Shown one piece after another: positions 16,590-26,000 of a stretch of 64,000 nucleotides of DNA. The notes beneath the pieces are model-generated. The model saw only the letters and a program-made list of their open reading frames with translations, ran no database searches and was not told where the DNA came from. Source of the DNA: an uncultured Chloroflexia bacterium (GTDB taxonomy: Bacteria > Chloroflexota > Anaerolineae > JAAYZQ01); contig CAVOXA010000001.1 of the NCBI GenBank assembly GCA_963700285.1, positions 640,001 to 704,000 of the forward strand, given 5' to 3'. The translations under genes and the position numbers were made by a program. Every line of letters starts with the position of its first letter. The stretch's first letter is position 1.

Positions 16590-18386
16590 ATGTTCAAAAA
16601 GACTAGGAAATTCCACGCTCATTTGGTATTGATTCTTGTCCTGCTGGGCAGCGCGCTGATCGTCACACCTGCGCACGCGGCAACAATCACGGTCAACGTT
16701 TTCACCGATGAGGATACCGACAACACAAACTGCTCTCTGCGTGAAGCTATAATTGCCGCGAATACAAACGCGGTATACAGGGGGTGTTCAGCCGGAGCTG
16801 GCTCAGATGATATCACCCTTCCTGCAGGGACGTTCACGCTCACATTGGGCAAGCAACTGCCTGTCGTAACCTCCTCCATGACGATCAACGGCAACAGCAG
16901 AACGGACACCTTCGTCCAGGCTTCAACCTGTGATCCTGTTACCCTGCCAGGTGGTTGTACTCCTGCCACCTACCGCGTCTTGGAAGTGGGCGGTGGGGGA
17001 TCCCTAACGATCAACAATCTGACCATACGACATGGGAACTGTCCGAACAGTCTTCTCTGCACCATCTCATCGGGAGATCAAGACAGCAACAAGGGCAAGG
17101 GCGGCGGCATCTTTAACAGTGGAATTCTGATGCTGAGTAACAGCACCATGTCAAGAAACAAAGCCACGAACGACGGTGGCGGCATCTACCTGTATCAAGG
17201 CTCCCTATCCATCACGGACACCGATATCGTGGACAACGCTGCTGGCACAGGCGGCGGCGGCGCCGCCAGCAGCGGCTCTGGCACGATAAACGTCATGAAC
17301 AGCGTTTTCGGGAGAAACACCGCGGGCAACGGTGGCGGCATCTCCACCAGTGGAGGCACGCTGAACGTGATGGGCAGTACTTTCGCGAATAACTCCGCTT
17401 CTGGTGGTGACGGCGGCGGCATCAACAGCGGTGGAACATTGACCGTGGATAAGAGTTCCATCCATGACAACACCGCTGGCAACAGGGGCGGCGGCATCGG
17501 GTCAACCGGTGGAGGTCCCAACAGCGTGACGAACAGCACCATCTCTTCCAACACCGCTTCCAGTAAAGGCGGCGGCATCTTTAACTATGACGACCTGAAC
17601 GTGACGAACAGCACGCTCACGGGCAACTCTGCTGCTGCCGGTGGCGGCTTTTACAGCGACCCCTATCAGCACGAGAACGATACCAAATACGCCGTAGTAA
17701 CCCTGAAGAACACCATCCTGGCCAATAGCACCAGTGGTGGCGATTGCTACAATTACGTGAATGGTCCAGAAAAACCAATTACCGGCAACAATAACCTCAT
17801 TGAAACAGAAGGGATCTCTCCTTGTGGAACGACTGCTCCCATAACCAACACTGATCCGAATCTGGGTACACTGACCGGTTCACCAGCTTTCTACCCCCTC
17901 AACGCTGGTTCGCCCGCCATTGATGCAGGCGATGATGCCACTTGTGCAGCGCAGCCCGTGAGTAATACTTCGCAGAATGGAGTCACCCGTCCACAAGGCT
18001 TGCATTGTGATATTGGCGCGTATGAAAAAACTCTGTCGGGGACCATCACCGTGAAAAAGCTGACGGTTCCTGCCGGGTCGGACCAAGCATTCGCCTTCAC
18101 GGGGGCCATCACGGCTCAGCTCAAGCATGGACAGAGCGCGACGGAGACGGTGGAGCCGGGCAGCTACAGCGTATCGGAGACGGTGCCAACGGGCTGGCAA
18201 TTGACGTCGATCCAGTGCGACGACAGCGATAGTGCGGGGGATGCGAGCACCGGCGAGGTCATCTTCCGTGTCCTGGCAGGAGAGGACGTGACCTGCACGT
18301 TTACGAACACGCAGGGCGGGGTCAAGCCGGACCATATGATCTATCTGCCCATGATGCACCAAGGCCCCAAGCCCAAACCAGAGTAG
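16590..18386 (+). CDS. Secreted CSLREA-domain protein with beta-helix repeats, choice-of-anchor Q-like region, Ig/prealbumin-like domain and YLP tail
   Basis: Signal peptide, CSLREAIIAAN, GGGI repeats, GSPAIDAG...RPQGLHCDIGAYE, TCTFTN, C-terminal HMIYLPMM. Confidence 0.88.
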   Translation: MFKKTRKFHAHLVLILVLLGSALIVTPAHAATITVNVFTDEDTDNTNCSLREAIIAANTNAVYRGCSAGAGSDDITLPAGTFTLTLGKQLPVVTSSMTINGNSRTDTFVQASTCDPVTLPGGCTPATYRVLEVGGGGSLTINNLTIRHGNCPNSLLCTISSGDQDSNKGKGGGIFNSGILMLSNSTMSRNKATNDGGGIYLYQGSLSITDTDIVDNAAGTGGGGAASSGSGTINVMNSVFGRNTAGNGGGISTSGGTLNVMGSTFANNSASGGDGGGINSGGTLTVDKSSIHDNTAGNRGGGIGSTGGGPNSVTNSTISSNTASSKGGGIFNYDDLNVTNSTLTGNSAAAGGGFYSDPYQHENDTKYAVVTLKNTILANSTSGGDCYNYVNGPEKPITGNNNLIETEGISPCGTTAPITNTDPNLGTLTGSPAFYPLNAGSPAIDAGDDATCAAQPVSNTSQNGVTRPQGLHCDIGAYEKTLSGTITVKKLTVPAGSDQAFAFTGAITAQLKHGQSATETVEPGSYSVSETVPTGWQLTSIQCDDSDSAGDASTGEVIFRVLAGEDVTCTFTNTQGGVKPDHMIYLPMMHQGPKPKPE

Positions 18387-18393
18387 CAGCTCA

Positions 18394-18443
18394 GGACTGG
18401 CAGACCCGGGACTCCATCCCGACCGAGGTCTGCCAGTCCTTTT
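18394..18443 (+). terminator. Rho-independent terminator
   Basis: GGACTGGCAGACC...GGTCTGCCAGTCC followed by TTTT. Confidence 0.7.
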
Positions 18444-18664
18444 CGCGTGATACCTGTACCCATTTCGCTCGTGCGGGACGACAGACTCCACCGAGCTCAG
18501 TCGAGCCCTCCAGCGTCGGTGGCAGCAAATCGCGTGCTGTGGCCTGCCAAGAGCTTTCGACGGGGGGTGTTGCCGGGGGGTGCCCTCCCGGACCAGTTGT
18601 GGAGCAAGGTATCCCCCGATGCTAAACGGGCTCCGCTCGCATGCTGGCTCCTGATGGCCAGAAG

Positions 18665-19798
18665 TCATTCGATCCAACAACTACCGGACTCACCCAGTCC
18701 GCCCTTTACCCGGACGCGGCCGGGCAGAAACTGGTTCACCACCCAGACGCTGGTCAGCAGGTGCTGGGTCACCGCCTCAGTTGTGAATTGCGACGGTCCG
18801 CTGGCCAGTGCAAGGGGCAGCACCAGTTGATCCGCCAGGTAACCGTCCACAGCGGCATCGCCCTGCAGGTAGGCCAACAGGTCCCGCGCTGCCTCCTCAG
18901 CCACCTGCTCCGCTGGCTTGCCCAGCTCCCCCAAGGATGTGAACCCGGCCGCAGCGTTCTCCGATTCGGCCCACAGGAATACCACCGTGCCCTGCCCCTT
19001 GGAGGGCGAGTCCACGACCTCAATGCGGGCGTTCACGCCATTCGCGCGCAGCGCCTGGAGTACCGCTTGCTCCTGCCGTACCCGGATGTGTTTGGGCAGA
19101 TTGCTGCTGGCCGACAGGCCCCGCACTCGCAACAAGTCTCCCCGCTGGCGCAAGTCCAGGCCGGACAGGCGAGTAGCCGCCGCGGCGCTGCCCTCCTTTG
19201 CCGCGTGTTGCGTGTTGCCTATTGTGTGGTGCGCGACGCCATCAGCCTGTAGCATGGAACTCGCCGCGCCCTCCACCGTCCCCTGGATGGCGCCGCCGCC
19301 CTGTGGGTACCAGCCCCACTTCTGGATGTTCACCTTGGCCCGGATCCCTACGCGCGCCAGAACCGGCAGGTACACGCGCTTCAGATAGTCGAAAGGTGGA
19401 CTCCAGGCCACGTGGGTACCGCCCCGGAGCGTCAGATTTGAAACACCCTCGGCCAAGGCCAGGGGCAGCAGTACCGTCTGCAGGATGAGGCTCACTGAGC
19501 CGGCGCTGCCCCCTTTGGCCGCCTGGGCCACGTCAAAGGTGTAGGTGCCCGCCTGCGGCGTTGAGCCTGGCACAAAGGTCACCGTCTGCGCGTTCAGCCT
19601 GGCTCCCTCCAGGCGGGCCCCGCACACCTTGGCCGCCGCCCGTACGCTTGTTAGATGTTGGGGCGCCAACCCCGGCTTACGCCGCCCGGCCCGGATGTGC
19701 TCAATGCGCACTGGCTGGCCGGTGATCGCTGCCATGGCCAGGCTGGTACGCAGCACCTGGCCGCCGCCTTCCCCGTACGAACCGTCAATGGTGAGCAT
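18665..19798 (-). CDS. rtcA: RNA 3'-terminal phosphate cyclase
   Basis: IDGSYGEGGGQVLRT, IRAGRRKPGLAPQH, GGTHVAWSPPFDY, GWYPQGGG, LADQL, TQHLLT. Confidence 0.95.
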   Translation of the reverse strand: MLTIDGSYGEGGGQVLRTSLAMAAITGQPVRIEHIRAGRRKPGLAPQHLTSVRAAAKVCGARLEGARLNAQTVTFVPGSTPQAGTYTFDVAQAAKGGSAGSVSLILQTVLLPLALAEGVSNLTLRGGTHVAWSPPFDYLKRVYLPVLARVGIRAKVNIQKWGWYPQGGGAIQGTVEGAASSMLQADGVAHHTIGNTQHAAKEGSAAAATRLSGLDLRQRGDLLRVRGLSASSNLPKHIRVRQEQAVLQALRANGVNARIEVVDSPSKGQGTVVFLWAESENAAAGFTSLGELGKPAEQVAEEAARDLLAYLQGDAAVDGYLADQLVLPLALASGPSQFTTEAVTQHLLTSVWVVNQFLPGRVRVKGGLGESGSCWIE

Positions 19799-19944
19799 CT
19801 GGTTCCCCTCCTACTAGAGAGCGCCGGATCGACGTCGCTGGCTTGGGGACCCAGGCCAGTGTAGTTCTCAAGGGAGCCTCCTCCTGTTAGGACGCCCCTG
19901 GTGGTCCCGCTGCCAGGGCACTGAACAAGTTCAGGACTTCCAGG

Positions 19945-20979
19945 CTAGCCTGCTGGGCGGGGATGATGGCGTGGGTTGACGCCCAGACCCGAGCCGCCGG
20001 GCAGGATCAAGCGTCCATTCTCTACCCGCACCCCGGCAAAGGGATCGTCACTGATGAGCAGCGTGCCATCCAGGTCGGCCCAATCGACCAGCGGCGCCAG
20101 GTGGGCCGCTGCGGTGATGCCTACTGAGGTTTCCACCATGCAGCCTAGCATTACCTGCAGGTCGTGTGCCCGGGCCACAGCGATCATACGCTGTGCTTCG
20201 CGCAATCCGCCCGCCTTCTGTACCTTGATGTTAACCCCATCTACGCAGCCTGCCAGGCGGGGGATGTCGCGTGCCGTGCGCACAGGCTCGTCGGCAAAGA
20301 CTGGCAGCGGCGAGGCTTGGCGTACCTGGCGCATGCCCTCCAGGTCCTCCTCGGGCAGCGGTTGTTCGATCCATTCCAGACCCAGGTCGGCCAGGGCCGG
20401 GATGAGCTGGAGCGCCTGGTCAGCGGTCCAGGCGCAGTTGGCGTCGGCCACCAGGCGGGCGTCGCTCACGTCCCGCACGGCTCGCACCAGGGCCAGGCTG
20501 CGATCACCATCGCTGTCTAGCTTGAGCTTCAGGATCGGGAAGCCGGCGGCCTCGCGGGCCTTGGCCTGTACCTCCTCTACTGTCCCCAGACCGATGGTCA
20601 GTGACGTAACCGGCACCCGCTGCGGGTTCAGGCCCAGGAGCCGGTACAGCGGCGTGCCCAGCTTTTTGCCAACCAGATCGTGCAAGGCCATGTCCACGGC
20701 CGCCCTACCCGCTTGGGAGCCTGGCGGTAGGGCGGAGAGCAGGTCCTCCAGCAGGAAGGAATCGTTGCTTGGGGGCCAGCGCTGAGCGAGTGCCTCCAAG
20801 TATGCCACAACGGTGGCCTGGGTCTCATGGTGCTGGCGGACGGGTGCGGCTTCTCCCAGACCCTCGTGCTCGCCGTCGCCAATGCGAACGAGCACGTTAT
20901 GCCGCACTTTGCTGCTGCCGTGCGCAATGCGGAATGGTGTCTTGAGCGTCAGCGTGATCCGTTTATATCGCAGGTACAT
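19945..20979 (-). CDS. Dipeptide epimerase (L-Ala-D/L-Glu epimerase, enolase superfamily)
   Basis: FRIAHG, LKLKL, DANCAW, EQP, ADE, NIKVQKAGG, GCMVET, DLDG. Confidence 0.9.
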   Translation of the reverse strand: MYLRYKRITLTLKTPFRIAHGSSKVRHNVLVRIGDGEHEGLGEAAPVRQHHETQATVVAYLEALAQRWPPSNDSFLLEDLLSALPPGSQAGRAAVDMALHDLVGKKLGTPLYRLLGLNPQRVPVTSLTIGLGTVEEVQAKAREAAGFPILKLKLDSDGDRSLALVRAVRDVSDARLVADANCAWTADQALQLIPALADLGLEWIEQPLPEEDLEGMRQVRQASPLPVFADEPVRTARDIPRLAGCVDGVNIKVQKAGGLREAQRMIAVARAHDLQVMLGCMVETSVGITAAAHLAPLVDWADLDGTLLISDDPFAGVRVENGRLILPGGSGLGVNPRHHPRPAG

Positions 20980-21220
20980 GTTCTCTATCCTTAGGTACTA
21001 GTCCTACCGGTTTCTCTCTATCTGCGAGGCAAAGTAGGTAGGCCCGCTATAGCCGTTCTGACCTTGTTGAACCTCTATGCAGCGATGATCTCCAGCGCCG
21101 AATCCATCCCGGCCGGTGGGCCAGGAAGGCCGGCTGACCCCAATTGGCCCGGGAATCGTTTTCAATAGGCAGGACAGGGTGATCGACAGCCCAGGCCGCA
21201 GGGGAATGCATGGGAAGCTG

Positions 21221-21574
21221 TCACAACCCAAGGCGCGAGCGCTGGACGGTCGATTTGTCGCCTTGAGTGCTCTCGCCGGTCAAACCCGGAACCTGAAGCA
21301 CAACATGATGGTAGTCGGTTGAGCTTGAGACAAATGTGTGCGCTTCGCCCGGTTCCACGATGACCAGGTCCCCGGCTGATAGCGCGATGCTCTGCCGCTC
21401 CACTCTGATCTCTGCCGTGCCGCGCACGACCAAGTAGATCTCGGTAATCTGAGCATGGACGTGGGGTTCGTCGATTCCCTTGTTCGCGAACCCGATGGAG
21501 ACACTGAGGTCAGAATTCCAAGGACCGGCGTACCATCCTTTGCCATCAGATAGATTCGCCTGCTTGAATCGCAT
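21221..21574 (-). CDS. Cupin domain protein
   Basis: HVHAQITEIYLVVRG ... VEPGEAHTF. Confidence 0.85.
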   Translation of the reverse strand: MRFKQANLSDGKGWYAGPWNSDLSVSIGFANKGIDEPHVHAQITEIYLVVRGTAEIRVERQSIALSAGDLVIVEPGEAHTFVSSSTDYHHVVLQVPGLTGESTQGDKSTVQRSRLGL

Positions 21575-21670
21575 CCGGTGCTCTCCCAGTTCCTGTTTGG
21601 AGATGAAGAAGGTGGCGACCGCGGGCTCCGCCGATCAAGGGCGCCAGGTGTACAGGTTGGCCTGTTTGCC

Positions 21671-21946
21671 TCAACGCCAGAATTGCCACCAGGCGCCTTT
21701 GGTTTGCGCGCCTTTGTCCTGGTCGCGTGCCTGATGGCGCTCGTCATCCTCCGGCGCCAGCGCATCCAGCCACCGCCAGTCGAGTTCCTCTGGACCGAGC
21801 GCACCAGCGGGAGGTCGTACGGCAATGTTGGTCAGATTTGCCCCACAAGCCGGGCAATGGGGCCTGCTTGCAGGCCAGGTTCCACCACAGGAGACGCAGG
21901 TTTTCACTGTTTCCGATTCGGCTGTCGCCGAGTTCTCACTGCACAT
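21671..21946 (-). CDS. Small zinc-ribbon protein with C-terminal WWQFW motif
   Basis: CVSCG...CPACG; ends KGAWWQFWR; ATG 21946 preceded by GGAG. Confidence 0.6.
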   Translation of the reverse strand: MCSENSATAESETVKTCVSCGGTWPASRPHCPACGANLTNIAVRPPAGALGPEELDWRWLDALAPEDDERHQARDQDKGAQTKGAWWQFWR

Positions 21947-22149
21947 CAGTCCACTCCCCCTCCAGCAGTGCGGCAGACAAAGTCTCATGCCCAGCACTGC
22001 AGGCTGTTTTGACCATTGAATTATGCCACAACTGGCCAAGCACGTCAATCCCTGCCAAGTCCTCATGTGATTTTAATCATGAATACTATTCACTTTTTCA
22101 CTAAAATATGATATACTCCTGCTGAGCTTGTCAACAGAAGGATGTGACC

Positions 22150-23076
22150 ATGAACCCAGCAAACGATACCTCTCGGTTCACCCCAATTACCGCCATTCTG
22201 GCCGCAGTATTGGCCTTGGGCTCGCTGGTGAGCTATCTGTTCTGGCCCGATGTGTTGCAGGCTGGGGGAGTGGACTTTTACCTGGGTATTCTGCACCATA
22301 CAACCCTTTTCCGCTTTACCTATCTCGCTTTTGCACTCTCGGCCCTGGCTGCTTCGGTCCTGGTTCTGGCCATGTGGGATCTGCTGCGCTGGCTCAGCTT
22401 GCTAGGTGTTGTGGGCTACTCGGTGATTGCTCTGCACTTTTTTGCCTACCAGAACGAGGTCGTCCGGATCGCAGAGGCATACACAGACCAGGCCGGATCT
22501 TATGAGGCGTACGGCATCTATCTCGGTCCGACGTCATCAGGCCAGCTGTTGGTTGCGCTCTTTCCACCTGAATCAGCAGGTGAATCCGGTTTCGAGAAGG
22601 GTGCAGTATTGACAGCGGTTAACGGTCGGGCGATCTCCCGTGGCAGCACGCTGCAGGAGGTTTGGGATGGCAGTGAGGTCACGGTTACTCTGCGGGATGC
22701 AGATGGCGCGCAGCGAGAGGTGGTACTGGATTCCGGGCCGCAGTCGTATTGGAACCTTGACGCCCAGCAGGCTATCAGCGCCGTTGGCGAGCCAGCCCTT
22801 GACCGCAACTTCATGTTTGGCTTTGGCCTCGTCGGGCTGTGGCTTGTCGCGATCAACTGGCTGGCTTGGCGCTGGGATGCTTACCCTCGGATCTTGGCTC
22901 TGATCGGTGTCGGTGCCGGGCTGGCCTATTGGGCCTTTGCGGCGGGCAATCAGTTTGGCGTCGGGGTACTTGGCCAGGCTGGACCGTTAGTTGGCCTGGT
23001 ACTGCTGCCAGCGTGGCTGGTGTGGACGGGCATGGTCCTTCGTAGGCTCGGACCAGCAGCTGCAGAGTCTCAATAA
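22150..23076 (+). CDS. Integral membrane protein with PDZ-like extracytoplasmic insert
   Basis: Three N-terminal and three C-terminal TM helices flank PESAGESGFEKGAVLTAVNGRAI...GSEVTVTLRD. Confidence 0.6.
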   Translation: MNPANDTSRFTPITAILAAVLALGSLVSYLFWPDVLQAGGVDFYLGILHHTTLFRFTYLAFALSALAASVLVLAMWDLLRWLSLLGVVGYSVIALHFFAYQNEVVRIAEAYTDQAGSYEAYGIYLGPTSSGQLLVALFPPESAGESGFEKGAVLTAVNGRAISRGSTLQEVWDGSEVTVTLRDADGAQREVVLDSGPQSYWNLDAQQAISAVGEPALDRNFMFGFGLVGLWLVAINWLAWRWDAYPRILALIGVGAGLAYWAFAAGNQFGVGVLGQAGPLVGLVLLPAWLVWTGMVLRRLGPAAAESQ

Positions 23077-26000
23077 GGCTCCACCACGAGATCATCCCAG
23101 TACTTGCTGCCCGAAGAGTAGCTCCACAACCCGACGCGGCCATTCAGCAGCCGGCCACTATCCTTGTACCAGGCGTGCACCTGCCAGTCAGCGGGCTCTT
23201 CCGTACCCTCCGGCCATACCTTGGCTCGAACTTGTGTCCGCGATCCCGCGTCCTCCACTTCTAGTACGAACCAGTACCATAGGTTCGGCTCCGGCTTGAT
23301 CCCCGTATCAACATCTCCTTCGAGGATCACTGTACCATGAGGGTGTGGCGCAAGGTGGAAAGACGTGTCGCCATACCGCCGCAGCCGGTAATAGATATCC
23401 CGGTCCGCGTACTGGCTGTAAGCTGTCACCCCCAGGCCGCTTGCTGTGGACGTCATCAGCATCCGGCCCCGGAAGCGGAGGTCAGACCAATCCTCACTGC
23501 CCGCTCCGACATAGTGCGAGTGGATGTTCTTCTGCGTCGATTGGGTACCGAATGCCTTGTTCCCTTCGAGGTCGTATACCTTGAACAGGCGGTTGTCCTG
23601 CTGCATACTATTCCCGGCCTTTGTGTCGTACCAGCCGGCCGGATCAGCCGCCTCTGCATAGCCCTCAAAGTCCACCGCATAGAGCCAGGGTACCTGCTCA
23701 AAGGTCGCTGTAACGGCCGCATCGCCGGAAATCTCAATTGTGGCTGGATTCGAGAGACCAGACAGGGCTCCGCTCCAGCCGGTAAAAACCCACCCTCCAT
23801 CGGCTATCGCTTCGACCTGTACAGCGTCTCCGAAATAATAGCCTGCCTTCTGGGGCGTCACCGTCACCCGCCCTCCGCCGACGACAGTGGGAGTCAGTGT
23901 GTATTCTTTCATCACAAAGACAGCCAGCACTGCCTTGTCGCCATCCATGCCAACGGTAGCTGGGCTGTCGCTTCCCCCCAGGTCGCCATCCCAGTGGTCA
24001 AAGCGCCAGCCTTCTTTCCCTTCCGCTGCCAGCGTGACTTTTTCATCCAGTCTGTAGACAGCCTTGTCCGGTTGCTTGGAGACCGACCCCTCGCCCTCTG
24101 TGTCTATCGACAGGGAATACATGCCTTCGCTGAACGCTGCTGCTACCCTCTTGTCTCCATCCATGGTGATGCTGATGGAGCTCTCGGAGCCTGTTGCATC
24201 TCCGCTCCAGCCGGCAAAGTGCCAGCCGGCGCCAGCCAGTGCTGACAGTTCAACTTTCTCGCCATGGCCATAGGTCTCTTTCTCCGGCGAAACCTCTACG
24301 GCACCGTCCCCGGTCACCTCCACCCTCAATGTGTATGTTTCCTCGACAAAGACGGCCTCCACAATCTTATCCCCGTCCATGGTCACGGTCCCGGGGTTCT
24401 CGCTGCCAGATAGGTCGCCACCCCACCTCTCAAAACGCCAGCCAGGCTCCCCAGTCGCTGTGAGGGTCACTTCCTGACCATCCGCATACTGCGCCTGCTC
24501 CGGCGCTACACCCACAGCGCCCCGGCTCAACCCCTTGACCTCGAGGTCCCAGTACTGTATCGGTGTCACTGGGTGTGCCAGCAGATCATCCCAGTACTTG
24601 CTGCCCGAGGAGTAGCTCCACACGCCAATCCGGCCATGTGTCAGCCGGCCGCTGCCGCCGTGCCGGGCATTCACTTGCCAGTCCTCTGGCTCGGGAGTAC
24701 CCTCCGGCCAAACCTTGGCCCGGATCTCTGTCTGTGTTCCTGTGTTCCCTATCTCAATCAGGAACCAGTACCATACGTCTGGCCGCGGCTTGACCCCCGT
24801 ATCGGTATCCCCATCCAGGGCCACCGAGCTGTGGGGGTGCGAGGCCAGATGGAATGCCGTGCCGTCATGCCGTCGCAAGCGGTAGTAGACGTCCTCGTCC
24901 GCATACTTGCTGTAGAATGTTACCCCCACTCCGCTGTCCTGCGACGTAATCATCATCCTGCCCATGTAGCGAAAGCTTGACCATCCTTCGCTGCCCGCCT
25001 CTACATAGTGGGAGTGGATGTTGCTTTGCTCTGATTGGGTGCCAAAGGCCCGGGTCTCTCCAAGGTCGTAGACCTGGAACAGACCATCGTCCTGGACTGT
25101 GCTGTTGTCTGCCTGGGTGTCGTACCAGCCATCGGGATCCGAACCGGGTTCATATCCTTCAAAGTCCTCCTCGTACGAGACCGCGCTCTGGACAAAGATG
25201 GCCTCCACACTCATGTCGCCCGTGATTTTCAGGGCTTCCGGGCTTGCATGACCGAAGAGATTGCCCCTCCAGCGGCCCAGGGTGAAACCTGGTTCCGGTC
25301 GGGCTGTCAACTGGAGTTGTGTCCCCCAAGTGTATCCACTACCGCCGCAGTTGGGCGGTTGGCTGGTTTCTACCGAACCGGAGTCACTGGGCTCAACGCT
25401 CAAGGATAGCGTGTAACAGCCGGGGCCAAAGTTTGCTGTGACGGACCGGTCTCTGACCATCTCCAGGGACCAGGTTCCATCGCCGTTGTCCGTCAAGTCG
25501 TCAGAGTCGGCGCCGCTCCAGTTCTCAAAGACCCAGCCCTTTGCCGGCAAGGGGCTGAGTCGTACTACCTCACCTTCGGCGTAGGCAGCAGAGTTGGCTT
25601 CCCTGTCCACGGTTCCCTGGCCCACAGTGTCGATAGCCAGCGCGTAGACGTCACCCACCGGGCGGACTTGCACATCGCCAAAGGTCACATCGGTTTGATG
25701 GGCCAGCAGCAAGAAGCTTCCAGTTTGCGGATCGTTCAGCGCCTCCTGGCCCTTCAGGTCCCAACCCGAGGGCTCGGGCTCGTCTGCTCGCCACATTTTC
25801 AGCCGGTAGAAGCCGCCTTTTCCTGGCTTGGTCTCGACGCGCATTTTCAGGACATAGGGCACATTGAGCTCGAGTTTCTTGCTGTTTGTGCTATCCAAGA
25901 GCCTCTTGTGATTGCCATAAATGTGAAATCTCTTGCCGCCGGAATCATACCACCGGTACCAGCCCAGAGCGCCCAGGGGATACCAGCCGCTCTTGGGCTG

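Noticed and set aside
18447-18660. GC-rich intergenic stretch as ncRNA or small gene
   Set aside because: No promoter, RBS or convincing long stems; it lies between convergent genes
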